This document shows, one piece after another, positions 1-10,856 of a stretch of 64,000 bases of DNA. Where the stretch lies: assembly GCF_009936135.1 (NCBI RefSeq), contig NZ_CP047901.1, positions 563,354 through 627,353 of the forward strand, read 5' to 3'. The notes beneath the pieces were generated by a model that was not told where the DNA came from, did not search any database, and worked only from the letters and a program-made list of their open reading frames with translations. The stretch comes from Candidatus Chazhemtobacterium aquaticus (GTDB lineage Bacteria > Patescibacteriota > Microgenomatia > UBA1400 > Chazhemtobacteraceae). Position 1 is the stretch's first letter. Every line of letters starts with the position of its first letter. Both the position numbers and the translations under genes were made by a program.

Positions 1-798
1 ATCAGTGAACTTCTTTCTGCCACACCAAGATCCATAATATATCTTACTAATCTTTAAGTTGGAATCAGAATAAAAACGCCTGACCACGTCCTCATCATAT
101 GCAATTGCAGCTTCAGGAATCTGATGATTTGTTGTCCAATAACCATCTGGGGTCTGTTCGAACGGTTGAGTATTGTTCTGGTCCCCTAACCTCTTTTTTG
201 AATCATCGTTAATTAAGAAATATGTAAAATATGCCTTACCTCCGGGTTTTAGTACCCGATATGACTCTTTTAAATAGTTTTGAACACTATCAGGTGTCAT
301 GTGCGTAAAGACCGACAAGGCCATAACTATATCAAAACTATTATCTTCAAAAGGAAAAACAAACTCCTCAGGCAAGATTTTTCCACGCGGGTTATATGCA
401 CCGTTATATATATCTACGTGTTGGAATCTAAAATTTGGAAAACGATTAGAAATATGTTTTCTGCACCATTTGACACCAGCTATAACTATTTCGATTCCAT
501 CATACCTTCCATGACTATCAATCAATTTGGTCAGTGGTAACGTGTGCCTACCTATTCCACTACCAATATCCAAAACCCTTATTGATGGCTCTGGATGTAA
601 TATTTGCACAAAACTGCTCATAAAAACATCACCACTTTTAAGAAAGTCGTCTAGACTTGCCGGACCATCGAACATTAATCTAGTTGGAGGGATGTGACTC
701 TTTCTCTTTCCAGAGACGCAATCATACAAATCGTGTATTTCCAAAAAAATAATTTTTAGAAACCTTTTTACCGTATTAAACTTTTTCAGTATAAACAT
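1..798 (-). CDS. Class I SAM-dependent methyltransferase. The gene is 3'-truncated by the window edge and was not in the ORF track.
   Basis: Manual reverse-strand translation from the ATG at 796-798 gives MFILKKFNTVKRF...VLDIGSGIGRHT...VLKPGGKAYFTY, which is the Rossmann motif I (LDIGSGIG) of a class I methyltransferase. The reading frame stays open to position 1. Confidence 0.6.
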   Translation of the reverse strand, partial: MFILKKFNTVKRFLKIIFLEIHDLYDCVSGKRKSHIPPTRLMFDGPASLDDFLKSGDVFMSSFVQILHPEPSIRVLDIGSGIGRHTLPLTKLIDSHGRYDGIEIVIAGVKWCRKHISNRFPNFRFQHVDIYNGAYNPRGKILPEEFVFPFEDNSFDIVMALSVFTHMTPDSVQNYLKESYRVLKPGGKAYFTYFLINDDSKKRLGDQNNTQPFEQTPDGYWTTNHQIPEAAIAYDEDVVRRFYSDSNLKISKIYYGSWCGRKKFTD

Positions 799-857
799 AA
801 TATTCTCAAACAACACTCCAACTCTGAGGCATCCATCGGCACTCTAAGACAATAATA

Positions 858-3278
858 TCACCAAGGCAATTTAAAAACCCGACTCAAATGCAACCAAGCC
901 GAGTAGTAATACTCATCTGCCAAAGCATACTTCTTGTCCATATAGTAGTCCTCAGCAATCTGCAGTTTCTCTCTGGCTTTAGACAAGTCTCTTGTATACC
1001 ACTTCCACCTGCTTATTGTCTTCTCCAAATTAATGACCAGCCTTCTTCGACCAATAACCTGTTGTTTCTTGATCTCATAACCTGATTCCTTGATTATCTC
1101 CTCACTCCACAGGTCATATTCATCAAGTAACCCCATTACCATATCAACATCTTCCTGATTACCCTCCCTTGTATGTTGACCGTAAAGTCGATGGCTCCAG
1201 AACTTAATCTGTCTTAATATCCTTAACTGATCCTTGGCCTTTTCTGTCTTACTTAATCTCCCTATCAATCCATCAATCGAATACTTAACTGCATTACTTC
1301 CTCCAGGCCTCTCATTTCTACTGACAAGCTTTATCTGATCCCTGTGTATGTCAAAGGCGATTTCATCTACCTCGCCTGTTTTGCTCAATCTTCCAAAAAA
1401 CACTTCCCAGTCTGCTTTTTCCTGTTGGATATATCCAAAATGCAGTTCATAGTCACCCGTTTCACCATCAGCAATCACCTTCATCTTGTATCTGCCATCT
1501 GCTACTCCTGGCAACCACAATATCTTTCCATTGTCATCAATTATCGAATCAATTTCATTTCCAGACGAATCAAGTAGCTTAATTACTCCAGGAGAACGCA
1601 ACACCGCCACCAAAGCGGAATCATGCTCATCAGCAGTTTCATTAACTACGACTGAGGTTTCATCCAGTCCCAATCGTCCAAACAACGTTGTAATTCCTTC
1701 CTCTCCAAAAACAATCTCACCATGGTTAGCCTCAATCTCAAAATTATTATCAAAATCTGCCTTTGCACTACTAAGTAGCACTGTTCCGTCTCCATCACTC
1801 ATCAGTTTTTCAATTGGCTTGCCATCTTCCCACAGACCTAATAGCTCCTCGATTTTTGATCTTTGCTTAATATTTAACTGGTCGATTGTCTCTTCACCTT
1901 TTCCGGCTATCACCTCTACCTCATAATCCCCCTCGTTAATATCAGGCAAATTTGTATTTTGTTGATTCATTTCATTAATCGGGACATTTGTGCCATTTTT
2001 GTTTAAAAAGTTGTAAGTTGGCAGTACATCCTGAATGGAGGGTGACATTCTCCGTAGTGTCTCGATCGGTAACTCACCAAGATCCTGGTTAAATCTGACC
2101 AACAACTGGATCATCTGGCTTTGCCACCAAGAAGCATTCCAGGTTTCCAGTCCTTCCCAAGCTCCATATGCCTGAGTTACTCCTAGATTAGGAGATCCAA
2201 TCGCTACAATTTGGTCAATTAAACTATCACCATACTCACTCTCGTACGCTCTCGCTACAAGACCTCCGAAGCTATGGCCAACTAAGTCAACCTGCTCACC
2301 GTCCTCAAGTTTACCTTGAGTCTTTAGGTCGTTCATGTAGTCATTTAAGTCATCACTTAAATCAAACAGTTTCTTTCTCCAGTCGTACGGAAAGACAAAC
2401 AGATCTTCATTAAGGATATATCCTTCATTCTCAAGCGAAGCAATCACGTTATTGTATGTCTTAATCCATTCAGGAACTTTCCATGATTCACCAGGTTGTC
2501 CGTTTAGTATGGCTGGGTAGTTCCAGCTGGCAAACATGCCAGGGATGAGAATAATTTTGTCTCGCCCCTCTTCAATTTCGATTGGTTCGACTCGGATGTA
2601 GTCTATTTCGATCGAGCTCCACTCCCATCCCGAGCCCTGTATAGAAGGATTTCCAGCCCACAAACCAACAGGTAAGATATCGCTAGGTGCCGAAATAAAA
2701 ATTGGCACATAGTTATCATCAAGATATACCTCATAATGATTATCCTTATGTAGGTACTCTATTCTTACTTCGTGCCATGAAGTGTCCAAATCACCAGATC
2801 CATCGAAAGAGATACTTTGTAGTTGCCGCACGCAATCAGGATTATCTGACGGGCACAATGTCGTATATATTTTAAAACCATCAATATCCTGCCAAACTTG
2901 GAAAATCATTATGTCTGGCAATTCAGATAAAGGTAGCCCGTTACCATTTTCTGGAATATTTTGTGAAACAGACAGTCCTGTTCCCCATCTACCAGGCATC
3001 GTGTATCTAAAGGCAAATTCAATTTGAAAATCAGTATCAATATCTAAATCAAAACTCTCACCTGTCCTTATGTATGGAAAGGTCTGAGGATATCCAAAGT
3101 TTGCACCGCTAAGAACGACAGAATTAGGTAAATGCTGTATCTGACCAGAATTGGTTGACACAACCCAAGGCTCTTCAAAGCTTCCAGTGAAGTTTTCATT
3201 AAAAGCATGAGCAGAAGAGCAAAAAAACAAACCGGAGCAGAATGCAAAAACTAAACCAACAAAAAACCTCTTAAACAC
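858..3278 (-). CDS. Secreted multidomain alpha/beta-hydrolase, lipase/esterase-like
   Basis: N-terminal signal peptide (MFKRFFVGLVFAFCSGLFFCSSAHA). Lipase nucleophile elbow VDLVGHSFGGLVAR (GHSxG) and an upstream oxyanion-like segment ILIPGMFASW. An N-terminal beta-rich domain precedes the hydrolase domain. Confidence 0.55.
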   Translation of the reverse strand: MFKRFFVGLVFAFCSGLFFCSSAHAFNENFTGSFEEPWVVSTNSGQIQHLPNSVVLSGANFGYPQTFPYIRTGESFDLDIDTDFQIEFAFRYTMPGRWGTGLSVSQNIPENGNGLPLSELPDIMIFQVWQDIDGFKIYTTLCPSDNPDCVRQLQSISFDGSGDLDTSWHEVRIEYLHKDNHYEVYLDDNYVPIFISAPSDILPVGLWAGNPSIQGSGWEWSSIEIDYIRVEPIEIEEGRDKIILIPGMFASWNYPAILNGQPGESWKVPEWIKTYNNVIASLENEGYILNEDLFVFPYDWRKKLFDLSDDLNDYMNDLKTQGKLEDGEQVDLVGHSFGGLVARAYESEYGDSLIDQIVAIGSPNLGVTQAYGAWEGLETWNASWWQSQMIQLLVRFNQDLGELPIETLRRMSPSIQDVLPTYNFLNKNGTNVPINEMNQQNTNLPDINEGDYEVEVIAGKGEETIDQLNIKQRSKIEELLGLWEDGKPIEKLMSDGDGTVLLSSAKADFDNNFEIEANHGEIVFGEEGITTLFGRLGLDETSVVVNETADEHDSALVAVLRSPGVIKLLDSSGNEIDSIIDDNGKILWLPGVADGRYKMKVIADGETGDYELHFGYIQQEKADWEVFFGRLSKTGEVDEIAFDIHRDQIKLVSRNERPGGSNAVKYSIDGLIGRLSKTEKAKDQLRILRQIKFWSHRLYGQHTREGNQEDVDMVMGLLDEYDLWSEEIIKESGYEIKKQQVIGRRRLVINLEKTISRWKWYTRDLSKAREKLQIAEDYYMDKKYALADEYYYSAWLHLSRVFKLPW

Positions 3279-3310
3279 TATAAAATTAAACTACTAAATT
3301 AAGCACGCCC

Positions 3311-4453
3311 ATGTCAAGCAAAAAAAAAGTCGCTGTATTCCATAACCTACCTGGCGGAGGTAGCTATCGAGTTATGCAACAGCTCATAGATCACCTTGTC
3401 GGTTTTGGTTATGAAGTAGACGTGTATTACACTACTGAAAAAGGACAGTCTCTAAAAAGATCATTAAACAACGTTTTACGTACTTATGAATACAAGCTGT
3501 CTATTCCTAGAAACTTAATTGTAAGGTTGATTTGGATACTTTGTGTTCTTCCCAATATTCATAGAGAAATCGCAAAAAAGATAAACAAAAAAGCATACAG
3601 GTTCGTTCTTATTAACCATGACTACCTTACAAAATCACCATATATCATAAAATTCATCAAACATAAAAGAGTGTACGTGTTACACGAGCCTCAGCGAGAG
3701 TTTTATGAACCAGCCGGTATACACGCACCCGATCTCAAAAGAAGAATCGCAAACATGCTCCGATATCCAATAAAAATTGTAGACGAAAACAATACAAAGA
3801 ATGCAGACTATGTTATTTGTAATTCAACATATTCAAGACAAATAATCAAAAAAATATATAAAAAAGACGCTATACTCCTGTACCCAGCTGTTGACAAAAA
3901 CATTTTCAAGCCGGACAGGTCAATTAAAAAGGAAAATCTAATAATTGTTGTTGGGACAATATCAAAGGTCAAGGGACAAGACTTTGTTATCACGTCGTTA
4001 CTCCCCATACTTGGTATATACAGGCTAATAATTTTTGGCGGAGGAAGCGTTGAAGAGAAAACAAGGATTAAAAAAATAACCAAAGAAAATACAAGTAAAT
4101 ATATAGAGATTATTGAAAATGGTAGTGATGTAAAACTAGTAAATTTGTATAGAAGGGCTAAAGTTGTCTGCATAGGAGCACACCGCGAACCCTTTGGGTT
4201 AACTTCCATTGAGGCACAGTCGACAGGTACTCCAGTAGTTGCAGTAAGAGAAGGAGGAGTGCCCGAAACAATAATTGATAACAAAACAGGTTATTTATCC
4301 AACAGAGATCCTGTGCAATTTCTGAGCAAAACCAAAAAAGCTCTCAACAATTACACTACACTAGGTAGGCAAGCACAGATTAACGTAAGACGCTTTAGTA
4401 CCAAAACACAAGAACGCAACTTTAAAAAATTTCTTCAAAAATATGTCGATTAA
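3311..4453 (+). CDS. Glycosyltransferase family 1 (GT4-like)
   Basis: The C-terminal segment EPFGLTSIEAQSTGTPVVAVREGGVPETI is the GT1 nucleotide-sugar-binding E-X7-E motif. Confidence 0.75.
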   Translation: MSSKKKVAVFHNLPGGGSYRVMQQLIDHLVGFGYEVDVYYTTEKGQSLKRSLNNVLRTYEYKLSIPRNLIVRLIWILCVLPNIHREIAKKINKKAYRFVLINHDYLTKSPYIIKFIKHKRVYVLHEPQREFYEPAGIHAPDLKRRIANMLRYPIKIVDENNTKNADYVICNSTYSRQIIKKIYKKDAILLYPAVDKNIFKPDRSIKKENLIIVVGTISKVKGQDFVITSLLPILGIYRLIIFGGGSVEEKTRIKKITKENTSKYIEIIENGSDVKLVNLYRRAKVVCIGAHREPFGLTSIEAQSTGTPVVAVREGGVPETIIDNKTGYLSNRDPVQFLSKTKKALNNYTTLGRQAQINVRRFSTKTQERNFKKFLQKYVD

Positions 4454-5783
4454 GAAGACTCTAATCAAGAACAGCTCATATAATCTAATCAGCTATGCCT
4501 ACTTAGCTGTTGCTAGCCTGATAAGCATCCCTATCATCCTCAACAGTTTAGGTGGGGAGCTATATGGCTCATATATTCTCTTTAACGGAATCGTCTTAGT
4601 TGCTGCCACCTTTGATCTTGGTTTAAGCCAGGCAACTATTAGATGGTTGTCTCTTCCAAAGATCAATCAAGCCACTAGAGTTAACACCTGGAAAACATCT
4701 CTTTTCTTCTTTTACATCCTCGCTGCTTTACTATCCTTCATCACCTTCATTCTTCTACGTTTCTTCCTCATTGATCTCCCTGCATTCACGCCAATTAATC
4801 CTGATCAATATTTACTAGCTACTGTCATCGCCAGTGGCATCGTTCTTATCAATCACCTCAACATAGCTTTCTTAACCATTCCTCAAGCTCATCAACGTTT
4901 TGATATCTACAACACCCGTACCATCATTGTTGGCACCGCCAACACCCTCATAACTGCCTGGCTGTCAACCAAAACGGACAACATTGCAGTTTTATTAGGA
5001 CTCCAATTTATCTTCCACCTATCTGCCTTTATTACCCTCCTTAGCTATTCCCATCATCAGCTAGGAGCTAACCCACTCATTCCCAAGCTACACAAACAAC
5101 TTTCCAAAGAACTTCTCGGATTTGGAGGTAAGAATTTCGTTACTAATATAGCCAACCAGATTCGAGTCCAGTTCTCCAACTTCATTTTAGGCGGACTCAT
5201 TGGGCCTGTCGCGGTCACCGCCTTCAGCATCCCTCAAAATCTCATTATCAAAGCTGCCGGAGCCATCTCTCAAGTTACACTAGCTTTCTTTCCCCTAAGT
5301 ACTTCACTGACTTCACCTGAGCGCTTTCCAAAATTAAAGCGACTCATTATCCAACTTCAGCTAATCATTTTCTTACTGGGTATCATTCAGGTCTTCGTTG
5401 TCTATCAATACGGATATCAAATCTTGACTCTCTGGCTTAACAACCCAGAAGTGGTGATCCAAGCATATCCAGTTTTAAAGATACTAAGCTGGTTCTTCTT
5501 ACTCACCATTCTTACTCCCATCCCCACAGCTGTTTTTGAAAGCTTAAACAAACCTCAGATACCGGCCATCACAGCTAGTTTAAATACTATTTTTACTATT
5601 GGCTTAATCTATATGCTTACTAGCCGTTACAACCAAGTCGACCCGTCTCTTATGCCTGCATACGCAAATTTAATATCGTCACTGATTCTTGTCCCAGCCC
5701 TATTAATCGCTCTTGCTAAATCGTTATCGGGATACGAAAAGACTATTCAATCTACAAAGACACAGTACAATACCAAGTTATGA
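4443..5783 (+). CDS. Polysaccharide biosynthesis protein / Wzx-like flippase (MOP superfamily)
   Basis: About 12 predicted transmembrane helices. The N-terminus (SYNLISYAYLAVASL...LGGELYGSYILF) is typical of Polysacc_synt/Wzx proteins. The start overlaps the upstream GT1 stop. Confidence 0.65.
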   Translation: MSIKKTLIKNSSYNLISYAYLAVASLISIPIILNSLGGELYGSYILFNGIVLVAATFDLGLSQATIRWLSLPKINQATRVNTWKTSLFFFYILAALLSFITFILLRFFLIDLPAFTPINPDQYLLATVIASGIVLINHLNIAFLTIPQAHQRFDIYNTRTIIVGTANTLITAWLSTKTDNIAVLLGLQFIFHLSAFITLLSYSHHQLGANPLIPKLHKQLSKELLGFGGKNFVTNIANQIRVQFSNFILGGLIGPVAVTAFSIPQNLIIKAAGAISQVTLAFFPLSTSLTSPERFPKLKRLIIQLQLIIFLLGIIQVFVVYQYGYQILTLWLNNPEVVIQAYPVLKILSWFFLLTILTPIPTAVFESLNKPQIPAITASLNTIFTIGLIYMLTSRYNQVDPSLMPAYANLISSLILVPALLIALAKSLSGYEKTIQSTKTQYNTKL

Positions 5784-6493
5784 TATACGCATCTATCCCT
5801 GCGGCTGGCAAGGGTACTAGGCTTCAGCCGCTAGCATTTTCTAAGGAGCTGGCATTAATTGGTGAGAAAACGGTTATCGAATACACACTCGAGAGACTAG
5901 TGCTCGCTGGAGTTACCAGAATTTTCATCACCATAAACTCTGACAAACTCGATATCCCAAGATATCTTTCAGACAAAACTAAATACGGACAATACATTTC
6001 ATACATAGTCAAAGATAGCCATTCACTTCCAGAAAGCGTATTTGCCCCCGCCAAGTTTATTAAATCAAATGATCATCTAGTGTTTGGTCTCCCAGATACC
6101 ATCTGGTATCCAAAAAACTGCTACAAGATATTGATTGACAACATTCGGGGCAATCTTACTCTTGGCTTATTCGATTCTGGGTCACCTGAAAAATTTGACT
6201 CAGTAGTAACTAATTCAAATAATCAGATTAAACAGATTGACGTCAAGATTCCAAATCCAAAAACAAAATGGACTTGGGGGATTGGTGCTATTAACAAGTC
6301 GGCTATTAAGTTCATTGACTCATATTTACAAAAACAAGATCAGCTAGAACCAATTTTTGGTATTGCTGCCAACCAGTATTGTCAGGAAGAAACATGTTAC
6401 GCCATCAAATTCCCAAACAGTTCATATCTTGATATAGGTCGCAAAGAAGACTACCAGAATGCTACCCAGTTCATAAAAAAACATCATGAGTAA
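5780..6493 (+). CDS. Sugar-phosphate nucleotidyltransferase (NTP_transferase family)
   Basis: N-terminal AAGKGTRLQPL matches the G-x-G-T-R-L signature of sugar-1-phosphate nucleotidyltransferases. The start overlaps the flippase stop, suggesting an operon. Confidence 0.7.
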   Translation: MIYASIPAAGKGTRLQPLAFSKELALIGEKTVIEYTLERLVLAGVTRIFITINSDKLDIPRYLSDKTKYGQYISYIVKDSHSLPESVFAPAKFIKSNDHLVFGLPDTIWYPKNCYKILIDNIRGNLTLGLFDSGSPEKFDSVVTNSNNQIKQIDVKIPNPKTKWTWGIGAINKSAIKFIDSYLQKQDQLEPIFGIAANQYCQEETCYAIKFPNSSYLDIGRKEDYQNATQFIKKHHE

Positions 6494-7418
6494 TCCTTTG
6501 GTCAGTATCTGCATACCAACCTACAACAGAGAGAAGTATCTTAAACACACAATTGAATCAGCTCTTAAGCAAACATACTCAAATATCGAAATCATTGTTA
6601 GTGATAATGCCTCAGATGACAACACAGTTAATCTGGTTAAAAGCTTCAAAGACAAGCGAATTCATTTAATTGTTCAAAAGAAAAATATTGGCATGGTTCC
6701 CAATTGGAATGCTTGCATAAAGAAGGCTAGGGGAGAGTATATAAAATTTATCGCTTCAGATGACCTAATTGATCCTAATGCGGTCAGCCAGTTGGTAAAG
6801 CCAATACACAAAGATTCATCTATCTCTATTGTTACTTGCAAAAGAAGGTTAATAGACGAAACAGGTAAGACAATTTCAACTCTGCAATACTCCAATCAAA
6901 ACAGAAAAGTTGACGGGATGACTCATGCTCGTTGGATCCTAAAAAATATCCGCCAAAACAAAATCGGAGAACCAACCAGCACTTTATTTCGGCGCACAGA
7001 TGCAATCAAAGCAGGTTTATTCGATCCACAATTTTCACAATTTGCAGATTTCGAGTTCTGGATTCGACTACTTGCTATCGGTGACTTGTATTACCTTAAT
7101 CAAGCACTTTGTTCATTTCGTACCCATCCCGACTCAGGGACGACCCAATCCCAATATAACGGTAAATACATAAGTGAGATATTCAAATTAATTGAAAAAT
7201 ATTATCACAACCCCAAGCTAAAAAAGACATATGGATTAACAGATAAAGACGAAACATTAGTCAAAAACAAACGAACTTTGGACATAGTCAAAAGCATTAA
7301 AGACTTGTTCATTCAAGGTAACATCACTCAAGCAGCCAGATTTTACTCACTTCTCAATCAACATCTTAGTTTGAGCAAGATCTCCTCAACCACAATCTCG
7401 CATCTCCTGAAATCATGA
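6486..7418 (+). CDS. Glycosyltransferase family 2
   Basis: Motifs VSICIPTYNREKYL and SDNASDDNT (DxD region) are typical of the GT-A fold in GT2. Confidence 0.75.
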   Translation: MSNPLVSICIPTYNREKYLKHTIESALKQTYSNIEIIVSDNASDDNTVNLVKSFKDKRIHLIVQKKNIGMVPNWNACIKKARGEYIKFIASDDLIDPNAVSQLVKPIHKDSSISIVTCKRRLIDETGKTISTLQYSNQNRKVDGMTHARWILKNIRQNKIGEPTSTLFRRTDAIKAGLFDPQFSQFADFEFWIRLLAIGDLYYLNQALCSFRTHPDSGTTQSQYNGKYISEIFKLIEKYYHNPKLKKTYGLTDKDETLVKNKRTLDIVKSIKDLFIQGNITQAARFYSLLNQHLSLSKISSTTISHLLKS

Positions 7419-8242
7419 AAACCGCCATCATTATTCTTAATTACAAAGACTATCAGGCTACAGCTGATTGCATTGCTTCAGTTAATAAATCAGACCTACC
7501 GCTAAGATCCACGATTTATGTTGTTGATAACTCAAATGACCCGGCTAGACAACGCCTCCTTCAAAAACAACATCCCCACATCAAAATAATTAAAAACAGG
7601 CGTAACTATGGTTTTGCTAAAGGTAACAACATTGGTATCAAAATGGCCATTAAGGACGGCGCTAGCCACCTACTTATTCTCAATCCAGATGCTTCAATAC
7701 CTAAAGTATTCTTCAAACCTCTCCTTAATCATCTCAATAAAGATCCCAAAATCGCCCTTATCGCCCCAGGACATCTCCACAATAATCAAATCACCCTTGG
7801 TGGTTTTCTAAATCGTTTCACCGGTATGGCCAAACATCAGACCATTAAACGTATAAGAAACAAATCAACATTAACCTTTCATGATTACGTTTCATTTGCA
7901 TGCGTTCTCCTAAAAGCAGATGTTGTAAAAAAGATTGGCTTACTTAACGATCAGTATTTCATGTATTTCGAAGATGTTGAATACTGCCTTAATCTCAGGA
8001 GTGGGGGATACAAAATTGCCGCTGACCGTTCTGTTCTTATATCTCACCAAACCTCATCAAGTTTCTCGTCCTCGCTAGGAAAATTAAAGCATCTCGTACC
8101 TAGTCATTTTCGTTTCATCATCAACAATCTACACGGAATAAACAAACTTACTGCTCTTGTCTATCAATCCATTCACTACCCATACCTATATCTTCTCTGG
8201 ACCTATCACCACTGGCGCTATCGCCGTATCTCTACAACATAA
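7415..8242 (+). CDS. Glycosyltransferase family 2
   Basis: Motifs IIILNYKDYQAT...VVDNSNDPA and NPDA are GT2-like. The start overlaps the preceding gene by 4 nt. Confidence 0.7.
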   Translation: MKTAIIILNYKDYQATADCIASVNKSDLPLRSTIYVVDNSNDPARQRLLQKQHPHIKIIKNRRNYGFAKGNNIGIKMAIKDGASHLLILNPDASIPKVFFKPLLNHLNKDPKIALIAPGHLHNNQITLGGFLNRFTGMAKHQTIKRIRNKSTLTFHDYVSFACVLLKADVVKKIGLLNDQYFMYFEDVEYCLNLRSGGYKIAADRSVLISHQTSSSFSSSLGKLKHLVPSHFRFIINNLHGINKLTALVYQSIHYPYLYLLWTYHHWRYRRISTT

Positions 8243-9689
8243 TCATCAACCAGGTTAATCGTCCTCGTCTTGCCTAATAGTTCAAGAGTAGTTTCTACCT
8301 CTCGTATCCCCGGTTGCTTAAGAATCCCTAGCCTAATATCCTTACCCTCATCCTCTAGCTCATACACCACTCTTACCCAACTGTTTGTTCCTGCTCTAGT
8401 GGTGTTAAACAAACCAATCTCGCTAAATCCATATACCTGTTGGATATCTAGCTCCTCGCTTTTCCCGCTGTATGGTTGTGGCCACAGACCCAGATCTCCA
8501 GTTATCGTCGGCAGTGCCGATACCTGAATGTTTTCTGCCTTCTCAGGAATGTAGAAACGCAAATAGCTTAAGTAATTACCTCCATAAAACTTTGGCTTCA
8601 CTGCAAACTCCTGAGGCGCCTGATTAGATATCTCTACTTCAATTAAATGAACCAATCTTCCATTCGCTGCTACCAGTCTTTGCTTCATTACTCTGCTCAC
8701 ACAACAATTAGCCTTATTTACTCCCAAATTCATCTCAATCACTCCCACGTTAATAGTCTGATGTATTTCATCACTCACTACCAACGGGGCATACTCACCA
8801 GACCAGCCCAGTTCATGGATGGTGTTCTGCGCCGATTCATCTGTAGAGTTAACAACAATATTCTTGTTCTCCAGATCCTCAAAGATTATTTTAGCTACCT
8901 TAAACTTGTCCATGAAGCTTAAATTCTCAAGTTTTTGCATTAACTTCTTTCCTGTCGCCGTTAGAGCGTCTCTTTTTTGGGTTGATCCGGGGAAAAAGTT
9001 CACTTCAGTGTTATCCTCCAACCACTTGTAGAAGTTGTCTTGGTTTAAAGTCTCACCATACTCAGCTATCTCTATCTCACCAATCACGCCCATAATTTTC
9101 TCCATCGTCGAGATATTAAGCGTGATTAGCACATCAGGTACTACCTCCTTCCCTTTATCAAAAAACCATCTAATTGCCGTTGCACTTTTAGGAAAATCAG
9201 GACTCCAGTCAGCATTAGGCAATCGATGACTCCCAGTCTTAAAAGCACGCTGTAACGGCTCTGGTGGGGCAATATACCCCTCTATCTGCCCATCCGGAAC
9301 ATAAATATCCTCAAACCTGACTTCATACCCTCCGCTTTTTACACTTACCACTGCATAAGAGCCCATAAATCCGCCAAAGGTTCTCAGCTCTCTGTCATTA
9401 AGCAGTAACACCGTGTACACCGTCTCTTCGTTTTTCCCTAACCAATACTCACTATCCTCGAGCAATGGTTCAATTTTTTTAAATATAGCTACTGGTTCTC
9501 TTACCTGCTTAAGCGGAACAACTCTACTCAGGGTCTCTAGTTTGCTAATAACCTCAGGAGCGATGTTAATACAGCTCTCAACATCTCCTCCTCGACAGGC
9601 CGCAGTTTCTCTTGCCAATCCGACTACCGACCAAGTTAGTATTAGTAACAAAACAAACAGTCCTAGTAAGATACCTTTAACCCATTTCA
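8218..9689 (-). CDS. Membrane-anchored extracytoplasmic protein, DUF4012-like (putative)
   Basis: The ORF track starts at 9735, but the signal-anchor MKWVKGILLGLFVLLLILTWSVVGLA begins at the second Met (about 9689). The large hydrophilic body contains LLLNDRELRTFGGFMGSYAVV, which resembles DUF4012 proteins of cell-wall polysaccharide loci. The family assignment is from memory. Confidence 0.45.
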
Positions 9690-9722
9690 TTAACTCCAGT
9701 ATATGTGATAAAAATATACTCC

Positions 9723-10100
9723 ATGTCATTATCACCCGAAACTGCTACCATTTACGATCCGGAACAGTACTCAGAGGATGAGCTCCGTGCCTATCAAGCC
9801 CAAGTCTTAGCCGAGATCGCCTCAGAGCTTGAAGCAGGTGACCATCTAGCTCAGGCAGGGGTAGAGGTAGTTTGTTTTACTAGTCTTTCAGCTGGTAGGG
9901 GACGCAGGCGGCGCACTCCCAGAGAAGTCATCCTCGTTAAATTTGCCGGCACTGTTCATCAGTTTGATCGTGAAAGATATCCTGCCTACAGAGGAGCTGA
10001 TTCTCATGCTCAGGAAGTTTTTGCCGATCATGGAGAAAACGGGCACGATCCCTATGATCTCTACTTTGACGCCGTCCTTGGTGCCATATCTGCCCGCTAG
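9723..10100 (+). CDS. Hypothetical protein in a locally GC-rich ORF (orphan)
   Basis: The 378-nt ORF (MSLSPETAT...) has visibly higher GC than its flanks. It runs head-to-head with gene 8218..9689 with almost no spacer. No recognisable domain. The ORF-track start at 9705 was trimmed to the Met at 9723. Confidence 0.4.
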   Translation: MSLSPETATIYDPEQYSEDELRAYQAQVLAEIASELEAGDHLAQAGVEVVCFTSLSAGRGRRRRTPREVILVKFAGTVHQFDRERYPAYRGADSHAQEVFADHGENGHDPYDLYFDAVLGAISAR

Positions 10101-10118
10101 AGGTTACAATCATCCTAA

Positions 10119-10856
10119 ATGACACTCTCCGCCATAGTCTTAACCCACAACAGCCAAGACACTCTTGATACCTGTCTCTCATCACTTGAATTCGCAAACG
10201 AGCTACTAGTCATTGATGATCTATCAACTGACAACACGCCAACTATCGCCAAACGTCATCACGCCAAGGTTATACCCCATCCTCTTACAGACTTTGCCGC
10301 TCAACGCAATTTTGCCTTAAAACAAGCTACCTGTAACTGGGTTCTTTTTGTCGACTCTGATGAATCAGTTCCACCCACTCTAGCCAAACAGATTCTCAAA
10401 GCAATTAAATCAACCAACATAAATGGTTACTACCTTAAGCGCCAAGATATTTTCTTAAACAAAACTCTACGTCATGGCGAAACCAGTCAAGTCCGCTTAC
10501 TAAGACTTGCCAAGAAATCAGCAGGTACCTGGCAGCGACCGGTTCATGAATTCTGGCATATCAAGGGACAGACCTCTACTCTCACCCACCCCTTACTTCA
10601 TCAGCGAAACCTAAGCTTTTCCCAGTTTATCGACAGGCTCAATCACTACACCGATCTTGATGCTAAAGCCTTACTAGCTGAAAACAAACCCTTCTCCTAC
10701 TTTGATCTCTTACTAAAACCACTGGGGAAGTTTGTTTACAACTACTTTGTTTTATTGGGTTTCTTGGATGGCTTCCCAGGTTTCATCATGGCTTTTTCCA
10801 TGAGTCTTCACTCTCTCATTGTTAGAATCAAACTCTATGAGCATGCATCTGCCTAA
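10119..10856 (+). CDS. Glycosyltransferase family 2 (LPS-core type / WaaE-like)
   Basis: LSAIVLTHNSQDTLDTCLSSL...LLVIDDLSTDNT and FVDSDE (DxD) are GT2 signatures. Confidence 0.7.
   Translation: MTLSAIVLTHNSQDTLDTCLSSLEFANELLVIDDLSTDNTPTIAKRHHAKVIPHPLTDFAAQRNFALKQATCNWVLFVDSDESVPPTLAKQILKAIKSTNINGYYLKRQDIFLNKTLRHGETSQVRLLRLAKKSAGTWQRPVHEFWHIKGQTSTLTHPLLHQRNLSFSQFIDRLNHYTDLDAKALLAENKPFSYFDLLLKPLGKFVYNYFVLLGFLDGFPGFIMAFSMSLHSLIVRIKLYEHASA

Noticed and set aside
1344-1926. Plus-strand ORFs (77 and 146 aa) inside the lipase gene.
   Set aside because: They are antisense to a well-supported 806-aa gene, Ser/Pro-rich and low-complexity, with no signals.
3808-4284. Minus-strand 158-aa ORF.
   Set aside because: It is antisense within the GT1 gene, whose C-terminal GT1 motif is intact; a spurious AT-rich antisense frame.
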